A program made the translations under genes and the position numbers. Below are positions 30,295 to 38,495 of a DNA stretch of 64,000 nucleotides, piece by piece. The DNA is from an uncultured Gammaproteobacteria bacterium (lineage in GTDB: Bacteria; Patescibacteriota; Microgenomatia; UBA8517). The stretch is taken from NCBI GenBank assembly GCA_965231135.1, contig OZ246419.1, forward strand, positions 385,488 to 449,487, in the 5' to 3' direction. Below the pieces are notes generated by a model. It searched no databases. It saw only the letters and a program-made list of their open reading frames with translations, and had not been told where the DNA came from. How positions within the stretch are numbered: position 1 is the stretch's first letter; every line of letters starts with the position of its first letter.

Positions 30295-31275
30295 GAAATT
30301 TTTCCAAAAGCACCTCTTTATACGTCGCTATATTCGCCTGATGGCGCTAAATGGGCGGAAATTTTTCCTGAAATTAAAACTAGTTTTTTAAATAAAATAA
30401 AATTTTTAAGAGACAAACACGAGTTTCTTGCACCGATTATGCCATTTGTTTTTGAAAGATTTGATTTTAGCGAATATGATTTAGTAATTTCAGTTACAAG
30501 TGAATTTGCAAAGAATGTTACGGCAAAAAAACATATTTGTTATTGTTTGACGCCGACTCGATATTTATGGAGCCATTATGAAGAGTATTTTGGAAATCAA
30601 ACTGTTCGTGAATTATTAAAACCTTTAATTTTATTTTTAAAAGATAAGGACTTGGAAGCTGCAAAAAAGCCGAAAGAAATAATTGCAATTTCAACTGAGG
30701 TACAAAAAAGAATTAAGAAATATTATAAAAGAGAAGCAAGAATTATTTTTCCGCCTGTAAATATTTATAAATATAATTATAAAAGTAAAAGTGAATATTA
30801 TCTTGTAGTAAGTAGATTGGTGAAATATAAGAAAGTGGATTTGGTTATTGAAGCATTTAATGAAATTAATAAACCTTTAATAATAATTGGAGTTGGACAC
30901 GAAGAAAAAAGATTAAAAAAACTTGCAAAGAAAAATATTTTTTTTGCAGGGCAAGTTGATGATAAGGAACTTGCAAAATATTATAAAAATGCAAAAGGAT
31001 TTATTTTTCCACAGGAGGAGGATTTTGGAATTACAGCAGTTGAAGCGCAAAGTTTTGGTGTTCCAATTATTGCATATAAAAAAGGAGGAAGTTTGGATAC
31101 TGTAAATAATAAAACTGGAATTTTTTTTGAAAAACAAACTAAAGAAGAATTAATAGAAGCTGTAAGAAAATTTGAAAAGAAGAAATTTAACAAGAGAGTT
31201 ATCCAAAGGAATTCTAAAAGATTTTCTAAAAAAAGATTTAAACAAGAGTTTTTGCAATTTGTGAAAGCCGTGTGA
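30223..31275 (+). CDS. glycosyltransferase family 4
   Basis: FPQEEDFGITAVEAQSFGVPIIAYKKGG motif. Confidence 0.75.
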   Translation: MKIAVVYDRVNKFGGAERVLLALHEIFPKAPLYTSLYSPDGAKWAEIFPEIKTSFLNKIKFLRDKHEFLAPIMPFVFERFDFSEYDLVISVTSEFAKNVTAKKHICYCLTPTRYLWSHYEEYFGNQTVRELLKPLILFLKDKDLEAAKKPKEIIAISTEVQKRIKKYYKREARIIFPPVNIYKYNYKSKSEYYLVVSRLVKYKKVDLVIEAFNEINKPLIIIGVGHEEKRLKKLAKKNIFFAGQVDDKELAKYYKNAKGFIFPQEEDFGITAVEAQSFGVPIIAYKKGGSLDTVNNKTGIFFEKQTKEELIEAVRKFEKKKFNKRVIQRNSKRFSKKRFKQEFLQFVKAV

Positions 31276-31286
31276 TATCTTAAGTT

Positions 31287-32369
31287 ATGAAGGTTGTTAT
31301 TTTTTGTGGAGGCTATGGAACACGAATGTGGCCTGTTTCACGTAAAACTTCTCCAAAACAATTTTTTCCTTTAATTGGCGGAAAATCTTTTTATCAGATA
31401 ACAGTTGAACGATTTAAAAAAAGATTTAAAGCAGAAGATATTTTTGTTTCTACTGAGAGATCGTATGTTGATTTCGCTCGGGAGCAAGCTCCTGAAATCC
31501 CATTGGAAAATATTATTGGTGAGCCGGAAAGAAGGGATAATTTGGGAGCGATTGGGCTTGCGACCGCAATTATTCATAAAAAATTTCCCAATGAGGTTGT
31601 ATTTTTATCCTGGTGTGATCACGTAATTACAAAGGAAGATTTGTTTTTGGATGCAGTTATAGCTGCTGGAGAATATGCAACTGAAACTGGGAAACCTGTA
31701 TCGATCGATCAAGAACCGACTTTTCCAAGTACAAATAACGGATGGGTGAAATATGGAGCGACAATTGATGAATATAAAAAATATAGAATTGCAGAAATTG
31801 AAAAACATATTGAAAAACCAGATCTTGCTACAGCTAAGAAATTTTTTACCGGCAAAAATTATTTAATTCATACTGGATATGAAGTTTGGAGAACTGATAC
31901 ATTACTTGGTTATTACGAAAAGTATCAACCTGAAGTATATAAGGGTTTAATGAAAATAGTTGATAGTATGGATACAAAAATGTGGGAGACGGAGCTTTAC
32001 AGGGAATATCATAAATTTGAAAAAGTCTCGATTGATTACGGACTTTTTGAAAAAATACCAAGCAATCAAAGAGTCACAATTCCACTTGATTTTGGATGGC
32101 TCGACTCTGGAACATGGCAACTTTTTTATGAATCGTTTAGATCTGTCGAGAAACCAAATGTTATTGAAGGAGCCGATACAGAATTTATAGATTCAAACGA
32201 TAATTTAATAATTGGGAAGCCTGGAAAAGAAATTGCAGTAATTGGCTTATCAAATGTTGCAGTTATTGATACTGATGATGGGCTTTTGGTTGCCGACCTT
32301 AGCGCAACGCCTAAAGTTAAAGAATTGTTTACAAAACTGGAAAAAGAAAAACCTCAATACGTGGAATAA
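31287..32369 (+). CDS. sugar-1-phosphate nucleotidyltransferase (mannose-1-phosphate guanylyltransferase-like)
   Basis: N-terminus MKVVIFCGGYGTRMWP (the G-x-G-T-R signature of NDP-sugar pyrophosphorylases). Confidence 0.8.
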   Translation: MKVVIFCGGYGTRMWPVSRKTSPKQFFPLIGGKSFYQITVERFKKRFKAEDIFVSTERSYVDFAREQAPEIPLENIIGEPERRDNLGAIGLATAIIHKKFPNEVVFLSWCDHVITKEDLFLDAVIAAGEYATETGKPVSIDQEPTFPSTNNGWVKYGATIDEYKKYRIAEIEKHIEKPDLATAKKFFTGKNYLIHTGYEVWRTDTLLGYYEKYQPEVYKGLMKIVDSMDTKMWETELYREYHKFEKVSIDYGLFEKIPSNQRVTIPLDFGWLDSGTWQLFYESFRSVEKPNVIEGADTEFIDSNDNLIIGKPGKEIAVIGLSNVAVIDTDDGLLVADLSATPKVKELFTKLEKEKPQYVE

Positions 32370-32375
32370 ATTTAA

Positions 32376-33011
32376 ATGTATTATTTTTTTAAGCGAACAA
32401 TTGATATTTTCCTCTCAGTAATTTTGCTAGTTCTTTTTTCTCCAGTCATTTTGGTTACAGCAATTGCTATAAAATTAACATCTCCTGGACCAGTTTTTGC
32501 AGATACACCAAAAAGAGTTGGAAAGAACGAAAAACTATTTTATCCTTATAAATTTAGATCAATGATTATGAATGCTCATAATTTATTAAAGACGGACCCA
32601 AAATTTAAAGAATTATATGAGGAATATAAAAAAAGTAGTTATAAACTTCATAATGATCCAAGATGGACTCCGATTGGCGGATTTATACGTAAACATTCTG
32701 TTGATGAAATTCCACAATTAATAAATGTATTAAAAGGAGAAATGAGTATTGTTGGGCCAAGACCTTATTATCCTGAGGAGCTTAAGGAGCAGTTTGAGAA
32801 GTATCCCGAGGAAAAAAAGTATTTACCGGATGTTTTATCAGTAAAACCCGGGATAACTGGATATTGGCAAATAAATGGAAGGAGTGCTGTGAACTTTGAT
32901 AAAAGGATTGCAATGGATGCATATTATGCAGAAAAAAAATCAATTATGCTTGATATACAGATTTTATTGAAAACTCCTTGGGCTATGATTTCTGGGAAAG
33001 GTGCTTCGTGA
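32376..33011 (+). CDS. phosphoglycosyl (sugar) transferase, small monotopic PglC/WbaP C-terminal-domain type (bacterial sugar transferase family)
   Basis: One N-terminal membrane helix, then KFRSM, DEIPQLINVLKGEMSIVGPRP and PGITGYWQ motifs characteristic of priming polyprenyl-phosphate hexose-1-P transferases. Confidence 0.85.
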   Translation: MYYFFKRTIDIFLSVILLVLFSPVILVTAIAIKLTSPGPVFADTPKRVGKNEKLFYPYKFRSMIMNAHNLLKTDPKFKELYEEYKKSSYKLHNDPRWTPIGGFIRKHSVDEIPQLINVLKGEMSIVGPRPYYPEELKEQFEKYPEEKKYLPDVLSVKPGITGYWQINGRSAVNFDKRIAMDAYYAEKKSIMLDIQILLKTPWAMISGKGAS

Positions 33012-33046
33012 TACAATTAATTTGTATTTATAAGCAAAGCTTGTAA

Positions 33047-35095
33047 TTGATTACAATTATGGACGAAAAAAAAATAGATATTCCAGAAATAAAATTGCCA
33101 GAAACTCCAGATACAGGTTTCAGTGAAGTTTCAGCTGCCGTACCTCAGAATATAAAAAACGAGCAGGGTTTTGTGGAGATTCCAAATTTGAAATTTAAAA
33201 ATAACAAAAAAAAGAAAATAATCATTAGAGTTGCTGCTGTTGTTTTGGCAATTTTTGTTTTTTTGATTCTTGCAACGCTGATTCCAGGAATTACAGTTTA
33301 TAAAAAAGCTAAAGTTTTGGTTGCTGATTCACAAACCATGAAAGCAGATTTCTCAAAGCAGGATATAAATTTGGTGCAGACAGATGTTGGAAAATTTAAA
33401 ACTGACTTAACTTCGTTTCAATCTTCATATAACTTATTGTCCTGGATGAAGTTTATGCCATTTTTGAGCGGATATTGGAATGATGGAAACCATGCAATAA
33501 ACGGGGCGCAGCATGCTATTAATGCTGGAGAAATTGGAATTGAAACTGCAAAGCCTTATGCAGATATTATTGGTTTTGCTCCAGGGGGAACAAAAGCGAC
33601 AAATGCTGAAGAAAACGCAAACGACAGGATACAATTTTTAGTTAGCACGATAAAAGATATTTTGCCAAAAGTTGACCAGGTTTCAAAAGAGGCAGATGCA
33701 GCAAAGAGCGAATTTGATCAAATAGATCCAAATCGTTATCCAACTGCTTTTGCTGGAAAACCTATTCGGGAAGATTTAACAAAAGGAATTGATTTAATTG
33801 ATGAAGCTGCAGGGCTTGTTGCCAATAGCAAACCATTATTGCAATCAGCTCCTTATATGATGGGAATTGATTCACCGCGAACTTATTTAGTTTTATTCCA
33901 AAACGATAAAGAGCTTCGACCAACTGGCGGATTTATAACTGGATATTCAATCATGACAGTTGATAAAGGAAAAGTAAGCAATGTTACAAGTAATGATATT
34001 TATAATTTGGATAATATATATACACCAACTATTAAAGCGCCACAACCAATCATTCAATTTATAAAAGGTCCTTATGTAATAAATCCAAATCTTCGTCTTC
34101 GTGATATGAATTTTGATCCTGATTTTAAAGATTCGATGACGACTTTTGTCGCTGAAGCGCAAAAAGCCGGAATTCCGAAAATCGATGGGGTGATTGCTGT
34201 TGATACACAAGTTTTGGTTAACATCTTGAATGTTATTGGGACTGTTGGAGTTCCTGGATATGGGAATTTTGGCACACAGATTAATCCTAAATGTAATTGC
34301 CCTGATGTTGTTTATCAACTTGAAGATTTTGCCGATGTCGAAGGAAGCGTTGTCTGGGACCAAAACGATCCGACAAAAATTATTTATGCTCCAGCCAACT
34401 ATTATAATCGAAAAGCAATTATTGGGCCGTTGATGAATTCTGTTCTTAAAAATTCGCTGGGGCAGCCAAAAGAAAAAATCCCCGCACTTTTCCAGGCGGC
34501 ATGGAATTCTCTGACGCAAAAAGATGTTTTGTTTTATATGCTTGATGCAAATGCACAACAAGGCGTTGAATCGTTTAATATTGCAGGACGCGTTAGTGAT
34601 ACTCCTGCCAATGATGATTACCTTTTTGTGGATGATGCAAATTTAGGAGGACGTAAATCTAATTTGTATGTCACAAATGAAGTTGAGAGCGATGCTTCAA
34701 TTGGGCTTGATGGCAGCATTACAAAAACTGTAACTTTGACTTATAAAAATTCTCAAGGCTATGATGGATGGCTCAATAGCGTTTTACCTTCATGGCTTCG
34801 TATTTATGTACCAAAAGGAAGTACATTAATTTCGATTGATGGTCTTGATAATAAACAGGCGCCATATGAAGATTTGGGAAAAACCGTTTTTGCCGGAAGC
34901 TATTCATTAAGGCCGCTTGGAGTTGTAACTATTACAGTAAAATACAAACTACCATTTAAAGCTGCAAATGGGCAATATAATTTGTTTGTACAAAAGCAGT
35001 CCGGTGTCGAGTCTATAATGGAAACTGTAAAAGTCGGGAGACAAGAACAAGATACTTTCTTGAAATCTGACCAGGAGTTTAAATTTAAGATATAA
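33047..35095 (+). CDS. membrane-anchored exported protein, DUF4012-like
   Basis: 682 aa. A single N-terminal TM (VAAVVLAIFVFLILATL) is followed by a large extracytoplasmic domain. Its position directly after the priming transferase recalls DUF4012 proteins; the family assignment is from memory and not verified. Confidence 0.4.
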   Translation: MITIMDEKKIDIPEIKLPETPDTGFSEVSAAVPQNIKNEQGFVEIPNLKFKNNKKKKIIIRVAAVVLAIFVFLILATLIPGITVYKKAKVLVADSQTMKADFSKQDINLVQTDVGKFKTDLTSFQSSYNLLSWMKFMPFLSGYWNDGNHAINGAQHAINAGEIGIETAKPYADIIGFAPGGTKATNAEENANDRIQFLVSTIKDILPKVDQVSKEADAAKSEFDQIDPNRYPTAFAGKPIREDLTKGIDLIDEAAGLVANSKPLLQSAPYMMGIDSPRTYLVLFQNDKELRPTGGFITGYSIMTVDKGKVSNVTSNDIYNLDNIYTPTIKAPQPIIQFIKGPYVINPNLRLRDMNFDPDFKDSMTTFVAEAQKAGIPKIDGVIAVDTQVLVNILNVIGTVGVPGYGNFGTQINPKCNCPDVVYQLEDFADVEGSVVWDQNDPTKIIYAPANYYNRKAIIGPLMNSVLKNSLGQPKEKIPALFQAAWNSLTQKDVLFYMLDANAQQGVESFNIAGRVSDTPANDDYLFVDDANLGGRKSNLYVTNEVESDASIGLDGSITKTVTLTYKNSQGYDGWLNSVLPSWLRIYVPKGSTLISIDGLDNKQAPYEDLGKTVFAGSYSLRPLGVVTITVKYKLPFKAANGQYNLFVQKQSGVESIMETVKVGRQEQDTFLKSDQEFKFKI

Positions 35096-35105
35096 TGATT
35101 CTTGT

Positions 35106-36278
35106 ATGGAAAGTGCTGTATCTGTTGAAACAGTAGCGACTAATGCGTCTTCTCAAGTTGAAAAATTATTAAAGACAGAGGCTGATTTTTTAGGAACAAA
35201 GCCTATGGGTTTTGATGCTAGAAGATACGGTGAATTAAACGCTAGATTAGAAAGCGCACAGTTACAGAGAAATCAAACTTATCAAGCTGATTTACTAGAT
35301 AGAAAAAACAACCCGAATCGTTTAAAAGCTAGTCTAGGTAATACACAATATTCAAAACGACTTAGTTCTCTTGATAAAGAAGTGAAGGATTTAGATAGAG
35401 AGATTAATGAGGAAGAACTAAAACGGAGCGACTCTGAAGATTTGGCTATTGCTGTTTCTAGAGTACATGGTGTAGTTAAAAATACTTTTGGTATAGAACT
35501 CTCTTCAAAACTGGCCCCAGGTGATTCTTTTTTGGAAATGGCTGGACGCGAACCAGTTCAAAGAGAGGAAGATAAAGGTGAAAAAGTTTCGCACGAAGTT
35601 TGGTTTCATACAACTAGGCATTTGGGTCATATAATTGAAACAGGTGGTCTTGCAACTCAGTCGTGGATGGAAAGACATGACCCTGAATATTTTAGTTTGC
35701 ACCAGGAAAATTCATCAAAAAACAACTTTAAAGGTATTGATTATGATAAATGGAGTCCTATGCAAGAAGAAGATAAAGATAGGATATTTTTCTCAGTTGA
35801 TACACATTTTGATGGTATGGATTATGGAAATAATATTATTGCATACGCGCCTGAAGATATCTTGGCTGACAATAATTTATATTTTTATGAAGGAAAATTT
35901 GGGAAATTTCCATACGAACGAGTAGTTTCAGATGTTTGTGATACTGAAAATGATTCTGTTCCACCTAATGGAGATAGCGATCTTCTTCTTCCTTTAGGTA
36001 ACGCTTATATTGGCGTGCCTAAAAGTGATTATCAAAAAACATGTATTCAACTTTTGAAAAACGGTTACTCAGAGGGATGGATAAGAGAGCATACTTTATC
36101 GTACAGAGGTAATATATATGAGCATAAAGGTCAGATAGTGGCTGCAAATGAGATTAAAAGAAGGATTAATAATAAAAGATTGGAAGAAGGGAATAAAAGG
36201 TTTACAGCAGTTGGTAATCCAAATGCTAAGACGCCAGAATTTCCAAACATTCGTCAGCTTGTTACAATAGCTTCATGA
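35106..36278 (+). CDS. hypothetical protein (polar, no TM)
   Basis: 390-aa ORF whose amino-acid and nucleotide composition is visibly less AT/Ile/Lys/Asn-biased than its neighbours. No recognised motif. Confidence 0.45.
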   Translation: MESAVSVETVATNASSQVEKLLKTEADFLGTKPMGFDARRYGELNARLESAQLQRNQTYQADLLDRKNNPNRLKASLGNTQYSKRLSSLDKEVKDLDREINEEELKRSDSEDLAIAVSRVHGVVKNTFGIELSSKLAPGDSFLEMAGREPVQREEDKGEKVSHEVWFHTTRHLGHIIETGGLATQSWMERHDPEYFSLHQENSSKNNFKGIDYDKWSPMQEEDKDRIFFSVDTHFDGMDYGNNIIAYAPEDILADNNLYFYEGKFGKFPYERVVSDVCDTENDSVPPNGDSDLLLPLGNAYIGVPKSDYQKTCIQLLKNGYSEGWIREHTLSYRGNIYEHKGQIVAANEIKRRINNKRLEEGNKRFTAVGNPNAKTPEFPNIRQLVTIAS

Positions 36279-36829
36279 ATTACAAGACATATTCTTCGGA
36301 AGGGTTTGTGATAGGAAGACGCAGCTTCAAAGAGGCGGATAGAATTTTAACTTTATTTACGAAGACTCAAGGGAAAATTGTGGTTATTGCAAAAGGATCG
36401 CGGAAACTAACAAGCAGAAAGCGCGGCGGAATTGAGATATTTAATAAAATAAAATTTTCTGCAATTGAAAGTAAAAACTCATTTGATATTTTAAGCGAAA
36501 TTGAAATTTTGGAAAGTTTTGAAAATATTAGAAAAGATTTAAAAAAATTAACTGTTGCTTATTATTTTTGTGAAGTAATTAGTAAAACAACACAGGAAGC
36601 TGAAAAACATTTTGAGATTTACGAAATTTTAAATAAATATTTTCAAGAATTGGAATTTTCTAAAAATTTAAAACAATTAAGATTAAATTTTGTAAAAGAA
36701 ATATTAATTAATTTAGGATTTTGGGCGTTTGATAAACCAATGGATAATCCTGATGCAGTTTTGGAAAATGTTACGGAGAGGCAAATAAACTCCTCTAAGA
36801 TTGGCAAAAGAATGCTCCGACCGGATTAA
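36275..36829 (+). CDS. recO: DNA repair protein RecO (short form)
   Basis: N-terminal OB-fold signature EGFVIGRRSFKEADRILTLFTKTQGKIVVIAKGSRK. At 184 aa it is shorter than canonical RecO (about 240 aa). Confidence 0.6.
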   Translation: MNYKTYSSEGFVIGRRSFKEADRILTLFTKTQGKIVVIAKGSRKLTSRKRGGIEIFNKIKFSAIESKNSFDILSEIEILESFENIRKDLKKLTVAYYFCEVISKTTQEAEKHFEIYEILNKYFQELEFSKNLKQLRLNFVKEILINLGFWAFDKPMDNPDAVLENVTERQINSSKIGKRMLRPD

Positions 36830-37559
36830 ACTCTGTTAAATCAAAATTTCTTGTGATAAAGACAGACGCAGAACCTCCATCTAAATTGATAATATCTGCA
36901 AAATTAATATTTTCTTTTTGTTCAAATTGATTTAATAAACTTGGAACATCGTTTAAAAACGGACCTGAAAATTCTGAATCCTTGTCATAAATAACTAAAA
37001 AATATAAATTATTGTTGCCGTCAACAGCTGCCAAAACTCTTCGAGAATTTTTATCATTTGTAATTTGTAAGCTGTCGTAAGAATTATTTTCTTTAATTAT
37101 TGGACCTGTTTGGACTGCAATTTGTAAATGGTCTTGTGGTAAATTTTGGGTAATTCTTGGAGTTGCGAAATCATTAACTGACAAAACACCATTTAATAAA
37201 TTGTTATTTTCATAATCTGAAATTGTATTTCCATTTGTAATAATTAATCCAAGAGGTTGATTGTTTGTACCATAAAACGGACCGTTTGCTAAAAACATAC
37301 AACTATTTTGATCTATTACATCTTTGGAAGAAAGCTTTTGAGAAAAATTGGGAATTAATTTTAAATTATTTATGTTTATTATTTGGTACCAGGAAAAAGT
37401 GTAATTATTTATTTCTGCAGAATTATTTTGAGCAACTGGAGTAGGGGATGGAATTTGAGCATTTGATTTTTGCGGATTAGTATTTTTGTTTTTAAGTATT
37501 AAAATACCAAAGATAACTAAAGGGATAAAAATTAAAATGGCAATTAAAAGTTTTCGCAT
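36795..37559 (-). CDS. secreted phosphodiester glycosidase family (DUF2233-like) protein
   Basis: N-terminal signal anchor. Motifs ANGPFY, RRVLAAVDGNNNLYFLVI and INLDGGSAS resemble the NAGPA/phosphodiester glycosidase family. Confidence 0.5.
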   Translation of the reverse strand: MRKLLIAILIFIPLVIFGILILKNKNTNPQKSNAQIPSPTPVAQNNSAEINNYTFSWYQIININNLKLIPNFSQKLSSKDVIDQNSCMFLANGPFYGTNNQPLGLIITNGNTISDYENNNLLNGVLSVNDFATPRITQNLPQDHLQIAVQTGPIIKENNSYDSLQITNDKNSRRVLAAVDGNNNLYFLVIYDKDSEFSGPFLNDVPSLLNQFEQKENINFADIINLDGGSASVFITRNFDLTEFNPVGAFFCQS

Positions 37560-38265
37560 ACAAGATATTATAGTTCACAATTGCAATTTTTTAAACTTTA
37601 ATCTATCCGAAAGTTCGGTTGATTTAATAATCACTTCCCCTCCTTACAATATTGGAATAGATTATGGAATTTATAACGATAACAAAACTTATAAAGAATA
37701 TCTTGAATTTACAAAAAAGTGGTTAGGAAAAAGTTTTGACATTTTAAAAAGTAACGGACGAATTTGCATTAATGTGCCAATTGACACAGGAAAGAACGGA
37801 AAAAGAAGTTTGGCCGCTGACTTAACAATTCTTGCAAAAAGAACTGGTTTTAAATATAAAGGAACAATTGTTTGGGATCATTCGACTTCGCTCATGACTA
37901 GTAGCAAACAAAAAAAGTTTTATGCAATGGCGTTTTCTAAAAATATAGAGTTAATTTTGATTTTTTACAAAGATGAATGGATTTCTGTAAAAAAAGAATT
38001 TAGAGATTATGTAAATGAAATTTGGAAATTTAGCGGCGAAAATCCAAAAAGAGTAAACCACCCTGCAGCTTTTCCAGTTGAGATTCCAAGAAGACTAATA
38101 AAAATGTTTAGCGAAACAAATGATATTGTTTTAGATCCGTTTTTGGGAAGCGGGACGACGCTTATGGCGTGTAAACAATTATTAAGAAAAGGAATTGGAA
38201 TAGAAATTGACGAGAAATATTTTGAAGGTTCAAAAACAAGAATTAGTGACCAAAATAAACACTAA
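37537..38265 (+). CDS. site-specific DNA methyltransferase (beta-class N6-adenine/N4-cytosine, ParB-less), apparently orphan
   Basis: Motif IV SPPY (VDLIITSPPYNIG) precedes AdoMet motif I (VLDPFLGSGTT) near the C-terminus, which is the beta-class order. No adjacent endonuclease candidate. The start at 37537 overlaps the divergent upstream gene by 23 nt. Confidence 0.75.
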   Translation: MAIKSFRIQDIIVHNCNFLNFNLSESSVDLIITSPPYNIGIDYGIYNDNKTYKEYLEFTKKWLGKSFDILKSNGRICINVPIDTGKNGKRSLAADLTILAKRTGFKYKGTIVWDHSTSLMTSSKQKKFYAMAFSKNIELILIFYKDEWISVKKEFRDYVNEIWKFSGENPKRVNHPAAFPVEIPRRLIKMFSETNDIVLDPFLGSGTTLMACKQLLRKGIGIEIDEKYFEGSKTRISDQNKH

Positions 38266-38449
38266 GAATAACTCCAAGAATTAAAAAGACTGCAGAAGTG
38301 AAAATTGCTGTTTGCAAAGCTTGCTTTCTTGCTGCGCTTTTACTTGCAAAATGATGCTGATATTCATCAAGAGAAACTACATAAGCGATAAACCCAGCAA
38401 ACGGGCTAAAAGTTATTGTGATTGCGATAACAAGAGCTGAAAGGTTCAT
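38243..38449 (-). CDS. small 2-TM membrane protein, hypothetical
   Basis: 68-aa ORF with two hydrophobic helices between the DNA methyltransferase and hsdM. Confidence 0.3.
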   Translation of the reverse strand: MNLSALVIAITITFSPFAGFIAYVVSLDEYQHHFASKSAARKQALQTAIFTSAVFLILGVILSVYFGH

Positions 38450-38495
38450 AAATCATTGTAACACTGTGAAGTTGGAGAAGTGATAAAATAAGCTC

